Shown here: positions 59,769 to 64,000 of the stretch, piece after piece
Layout of the letters: each line of letters begins with the position of its first letter
How positions within the stretch are numbered: position 1 is the first letter of the stretch
Assembly (NCBI GenBank): GCA_963796275.1
Contig: CAWCKY010000002.1
Location: 448,001-512,000 of the forward strand
Direction of reading: 5' to 3'
Source of the DNA: an uncultured Acidobacteriota bacterium
GTDB taxonomy: Bacteria; Acidobacteriota; Blastocatellia; RBC074
DNA: 64,000 nt
Notes under the pieces: model-generated
Databases searched by the model: none
What the model was told of the DNA's origin: nothing
Seen by the model: only the letters and a program-made list of their open reading frames with translations
Program-made: the position numbers and the translations under genes

Positions 59769-60953
59769 TCAATTCGTTGCGGCTGCGATGATCGCTGCGA
59801 GCTCATTGACGAATCGGCTGAGCGGTTTGCCGGTGGCGCGCGGCGCGCTCGTGTTGACCTGCACAGCAACCGCGAATTTGTGTTCGGGAAAGTACATCAT
59901 CTCGGTGATATATCCGGGGAAGAATCCGCTGTGACCGTAACTGATGCCCAACGTTGTCGGCCTGATAATCACACCCAGGCCGTACTTCGATTCCGGCCCC
60001 AGCTTGGCTGGAACGCCATCTAACATTTCAGGCAGCAATGACGGGTTGAACGCGCGCCCTTCGTATAGCGCCTTGGCCCAGCGCGCCAGGTCTTCCGTCG
60101 TCGAGGCCAGTCCGCCGCCGCACCATTCAAATTGCGGGTTAATGGCAAATCTGCCGTTCACTATCATCGCATCTGTTCCGCCAAACGGGTTGTGGACGCC
60201 CGCATAACCCTGTATCAGACCCGTTATCACGCGACTGTCGGAGGGACGCGTGCTCGTGAGCCTTAACGGCCTCAGCACTCGCTGCGTGACCTGCTCGTAA
60301 TAACGAGACTTCGTCACGCGTTCGATGATCATTCCGAGGACAATGTAATTTGTATCCGAATATTCCCAGCCTTGACCCGCGGCGAACGGCGACGAGGAGT
60401 CGAGAATGTATGCGACCAGCTCTTCAGGCCGCCAGCGCTTGTCAGGATTGGCAGTCAGGTCTTTAGTGAACTGCTCCTTGAATTCATAACGCACCAGCCC
60501 GCTCGTATGATTCATCAGCATGCGCACCGTGATTTCGCGCGCGTTTGGCAAGCGCCCGAACCACTTTTCGCCGCCGAGGTATTGTCCAATCTTGTCATCC
60601 AGCCTGAGCCGCTTTTCGTGAACCAGTTGCAGAGCGACGGCGGAGACATAAGTCTTGCCGACGCTGCCTTGCAGCATCAGATCGGATGGTTTCATCGGAG
60701 TCCCCTTCTCGACGTTCGACAGACCGACCGCCAGGCCGAAGGTTTTCCCATCTGCCAGTGCAAACCCGGCAGTCGCGCCCGGAAACTTACCAGCCGCGTG
60801 CAGCTCGTCGAGCTTCTGCTGTAACTCCGATTTAAGCTCACGCTGCTTGGCCGAAACAGCGGAGCGAGCGCGTGATAAGCCGGCGAGGCCGACTGCCAAC
60901 AACAGCAGATTGAGCGACATGATTCTGACCATCCGGATTGCTTGTGTGTTCAT
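59769..60953 (-). CDS. Serine hydrolase, beta-lactamase/D-Ala peptidase family
   Basis: SVGK (SxxK), LMNHTSG, YSDTNY, GHSGFFPGY; start 60953 (upstream ORF extension lies in the MITE). Confidence 0.9.
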   Translation of the reverse strand: MNTQAIRMVRIMSLNLLLLAVGLAGLSRARSAVSAKQRELKSELQQKLDELHAAGKFPGATAGFALADGKTFGLAVGLSNVEKGTPMKPSDLMLQGSVGKTYVSAVALQLVHEKRLRLDDKIGQYLGGEKWFGRLPNAREITVRMLMNHTSGLVRYEFKEQFTKDLTANPDKRWRPEELVAYILDSSSPFAAGQGWEYSDTNYIVLGMIIERVTKSRYYEQVTQRVLRPLRLTSTRPSDSRVITGLIQGYAGVHNPFGGTDAMIVNGRFAINPQFEWCGGGLASTTEDLARWAKALYEGRAFNPSLLPEMLDGVPAKLGPESKYGLGVIIRPTTLGISYGHSGFFPGYITEMMYFPEHKFAVAVQVNTSAPRATGKPLSRFVNELAAIIAAATN

Positions 60954-60961
60954 AATTAGTT

Positions 60962-61299
60962 GAAGCGTATGCAAATTAAAATCCAACAGAATCAATAGTC
61001 TCGCATCTCAGCGCCGGAGGCGCGTAATGTTCTATAGCTCACGATCCTAACCATAACCTGAGCTCCGGAGGAGCGACATATGAATGCCTACATGTCTCCC
61101 TCCGCCGGAGCTCGTGAAACTTTGGTGATCGAATACTATAAATATCCCCGCGCCTCTGGCGCTCAGGTCCGAAAATGCTGATTCCAATTAACTTTTATTT
61201 GCATACCGCACAGGCCCCAGTAGGACATTCAGATGACATTCTCCGAAAACTCGACCTCAACGATGCGCCTCTCGTCGGTCTCTCTTTTGCACAGTCTTC
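60962..61299. mobile_element. MITE copy 2 (338 bp), inverted relative to copy 1, with an extra internal segment
   Basis: TIRs GAAGCGTATGCAA / TTGCACAGTCTTC; flanks AATTAGTT (60954-60961) and GATTAGTT (61300-61307); 60962-61203 matches the reverse complement of 41995-42232. Confidence 0.85.
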
Positions 61300-61301
61300 G
61301 A

Positions 61302-64000
61302 TTAGTTGCCACCCTGAACTTTGCGGGCAGCGTAAAGACCCATAAACATATGCTGAGTCTCGCCATTAGCGCCTGGCACGAAGACGAGCCGCCTCGCGCC
61401 GTATGAAAATGTGTGTTGCCCGACGTTAGTCAACGACTGTTCCGCGCCCTCGTGCCTTAGAAAGAGCTTCCCTTCTTTCATAAATACTTCCCAGGTCCGC
61501 GGCGCGTGCGAATAAATCCCCGTGTAACCGCGCAACTCCACCTCGCTAAGGGACTGCGGCACGGGCGATGTTTCCGGCTCCGGCGAAGTAAGCGAGAGCA
61601 GGAGTTCCATGGCTTTATCGCGGGTCTGCGGTAGCGTCTCGCCGCTGCTATTGGTTAGCACGATTACGGCGAAGCGTTGTTCCGGCACAAATTGAATCGT
61701 CGAACCGTAACCGGTACTCGCGCCACCATGCGATACCACGCGCACGCCGCGTTCACGATAAGACAACAGCCCATAACCGTAATGAACATCCGGCGCGCCA
61801 GGTAGTGCGACGTGCGGCGCGGGCAACTTTTCAACTACCAGCGGCGATAAGACATGCTTCCCTCCCAACCTGCCACCGTCCATCATCGCAATGACGAAGC
61901 GCGCCAATTCGGAAACGTTTGAGTAAACCGATCCACCCGGCCACATCGCCACGTTATTGAAGGCGGGTCTGATGACTTCGGCCTTCCCTTGCCCTTGCCC
62001 TTGCCCTTGCCCTACAACACGATGCCCCATCGCCAATGGATAGGTCATCGCCACCGCAGGCCGCAGCGTTGTGCTGCGCATGCCCAACGGCTTGAAGAGC
62101 AGTTCGTCCATCACGTCGGCGTAAGGCTTTCCGCCCAGCTCTTCGGCGAGAAACCCGGCAAACCAGTATCCGGGGCTCGCATACGAATAGATGCGGCCCG
62201 GTTCGGTGAAGAAGACATCCGCGCGCCACGCGCGGACCTGCTGCCCGAGAGCGGCGTCGTCGTTGGAAACAACCGTCGCGGCAAAATCGCGTATGCCCGC
62301 CGACTGGCTCAACAATTGATGCGCCGTTATACGCGCCAATGAAGGATGCAATCCATTTATTTTATTGCCCAGCGGCTCATCGAGTTTGATTTTCCCGCGC
62401 TCGACCAGTGTGACAAGCGCTGCGGCTGTTAACATCTTGGTCGTCGAGCCAAGCCGGAAGAGCATCTCCGGCGTAACCGGATCGCCGGTCTCGATGCTGG
62501 CGACGCCGTAACCTTTGGCGTATATCATCTGGCCGTCCTTGATCACTGCCATGGCAGCGCCGGGCGTCCCGCGCTCCTTCAGCTCAGCCAGCGCCACACC
62601 ATCCAGCGCGGCGAAGTCGTGGTGCTGCGTCCGGCTGACAGCCGTCCGCTGGAAGCGAGCGGCAATTTCATCCAGCGTTTTCCTCAACTCTGATTCAGGC
62701 AGCCAGCGCCCGCGCAACATCACGCCTGCCCGTTTTTCGGTATTGCTGATGTTGTCGAGAGGATTGGCTTCCAACAGGACGAGATCGGCTTGTTTGCCTC
62801 GCGCGATCGTCCCCCTGGTATCATCCGCGCGCAGATATTCCGCCGGCGTTCGCGTCGCGGCCGCGAGGGCGGCGTAAGGCGTCAGACCCGCTTCGACCAG
62901 ATTCTGCAATTCGCGGTGCAACGTGTAGCCGTATAGCAGAAACAGTTCGGGCGTATCCGAACCAGCCATGATCTTGCCGCCAGCTTCGTGGATGCCTTTG
63001 ACCAGCCGGTTGCGAATGCTGATGTAACGCTGCCGCCTTTCGGGATTGGGCGGATCGGTCCAAAACCGTCGATGAGCCGCCAGACGCGATTCGCGGTGCT
63101 TGCCCGGAAAGAAAGGGTAATCGGGCCGTGACCGCAAATCGTCTTCACTCTGCTCGACGGCAAACGAGAGTTTGAAAAATGTCAGCGTCGGCGTGGAGTA
63201 GATGCCCGCCCGCGCGGTCGCTTTGGTGACTTCCGAAACTTTGCGATCGTCGATGTAATCGAGGCTCACCCAGTTGGGTTTGCGCCAGACGCCCACGTCC
63301 GAGACGGAGACTTTGATCGGAGAGTCATCTCTCAGCACGGCTTCCATATAAGAATCGAGATGTTCGATCTGTTGGCCCGCCGCAAGCGCGTGGTATAAGC
63401 CGACCTGTGAATCGACATGGCCGACAACCCGAATTCCCTCCGCTTTTGCCGTTTCGGTTACCGCGTCGTAAACCGGACGCGTTATTTGAGTGGTCAATTT
63501 GATGAAATCGTACCCTGATGCCTTGCATTCACGCACCGCTCGACGCGCTTCGTCCGGCGTGGTAACCGACCGGCCGTTGAAGATTCCGACGGGCCGCCTG
63601 CCCGTAAATTCCGGGCTGGCGACGTAAATTGACGGCCCGTGCAGAGCGCCTTGGGCTATCTTCGTGCGCAATGCCAAATGCTCAGGCGTGCCGATCATCA
63701 GACGAATGGTCGTTACTCCATTCGCCACCATCACGGCTAGCTCGTCGCTCGCCAGACTGTCAGGGAAATCCTCGTCCGAAAAGAGATGCGTGTGCATATC
63801 AATCAAGCCGGGGATGAGATATTTGCCGCGACCGTCTATCACCAGCGCCCCTTTGGGAGCTTTGCCCCCGGCAGCATCGCGAATCTCCATAATGCGCCCA
63901 TCGCGCACGACGACAATCTGATTCTTTAACATGCGCTCGCGATCCATCGGTATGACGTTGACGTTGATGAATGCTATGACCGAACTGTGGATTTTAGTCT
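61302..64000 (-). CDS. Amidohydrolase + beta-lactamase-family serine hydrolase fusion; 5' end beyond window
   Basis: Frame open to the edge (AFINVNVIPMDRER); PGLIDMHTH, YDFIK, AGSD, ADLVLL; then GSTTK, YSYASPGY, SHGG. Confidence 0.9.
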   Translation of the reverse strand, partial: TKIHSSVIAFINVNVIPMDRERMLKNQIVVVRDGRIMEIRDAAGGKAPKGALVIDGRGKYLIPGLIDMHTHLFSDEDFPDSLASDELAVMVANGVTTIRLMIGTPEHLALRTKIAQGALHGPSIYVASPEFTGRRPVGIFNGRSVTTPDEARRAVRECKASGYDFIKLTTQITRPVYDAVTETAKAEGIRVVGHVDSQVGLYHALAAGQQIEHLDSYMEAVLRDDSPIKVSVSDVGVWRKPNWVSLDYIDDRKVSEVTKATARAGIYSTPTLTFFKLSFAVEQSEDDLRSRPDYPFFPGKHRESRLAAHRRFWTDPPNPERRQRYISIRNRLVKGIHEAGGKIMAGSDTPELFLLYGYTLHRELQNLVEAGLTPYAALAAATRTPAEYLRADDTRGTIARGKQADLVLLEANPLDNISNTEKRAGVMLRGRWLPESELRKTLDEIAARFQRTAVSRTQHHDFAALDGVALAELKERGTPGAAMAVIKDGQMIYAKGYGVASIETGDPVTPEMLFRLGSTTKMLTAAALVTLVERGKIKLDEPLGNKINGLHPSLARITAHQLLSQSAGIRDFAATVVSNDDAALGQQVRAWRADVFFTEPGRIYSYASPGYWFAGFLAEELGGKPYADVMDELLFKPLGMRSTTLRPAVAMTYPLAMGHRVVGQGQGQGQGKAEVIRPAFNNVAMWPGGSVYSNVSELARFVIAMMDGGRLGGKHVLSPLVVEKLPAPHVALPGAPDVHYGYGLLSYRERGVRVVSHGGASTGYGSTIQFVPEQRFAVIVLTNSSGETLPQTRDKAMELLLSLTSPEPETSPVPQSLSEVELRGYTGIYSHAPRTWEVFMKEGKLFLRHEGAEQSLTNVGQHTFSYGARRLVFVPGANGETQHMFMGLYAARKVQGGN
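61986..62013. repeat. In-frame hexanucleotide microsatellite (CCCTTG)4 encoding GQ repeats
   Basis: CCCTTGCCCTTGCCCTTGCCCTTGCCCT; protein VGQGQGQGQGK. Confidence 0.85.

Noticed and set aside
60954-60995. N-terminal extension MILLDFNLHTLQLI of the serine hydrolase
   Set aside because: Lies in the MITE end and its duplication; the reconstructed empty site supports ATG 60953.

Overview
A 64-kb accessory/metabolic stretch of a moderately GC-rich bacterial genome. Gene content suggests Acidobacteriota, possibly Blastocatellia (inference): four Oar-type TonB-dependent receptors, ASPIC/UnbV+TPR, DUF1501+PSD1/DUF1553, a TPR-CHAT protein, a CadC-type wHTH-TolB sensor and several REP-like families. 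About 35 protein genes are supported; I found no rRNA, tRNA or CRISPR array. Highlights: (1) an apparently exported TPR-CHAT caspase-like protease with a SPOR domain inserted between its catalytic His and Cys; (2) a divergent Tat-exported vanadium haloperoxidase homolog whose SGH motif reads GGN; (3) a decayed IS607-like tnpB that keeps an apparently intact omega-RNA scaffold, with the predicted guide covering a ferredoxin start; (4) two copies of a REP-filled MITE with TIRs and 8-bp target duplications, one splitting an operon; (5) three frameshifted genes all repairable by the same CCTG->CCG edit, possibly a methylation-linked basecalling artefact; (6) a structured, switch-like 5' leader before one TonB receptor. 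I cannot claim one complete new system; these are leads to test.
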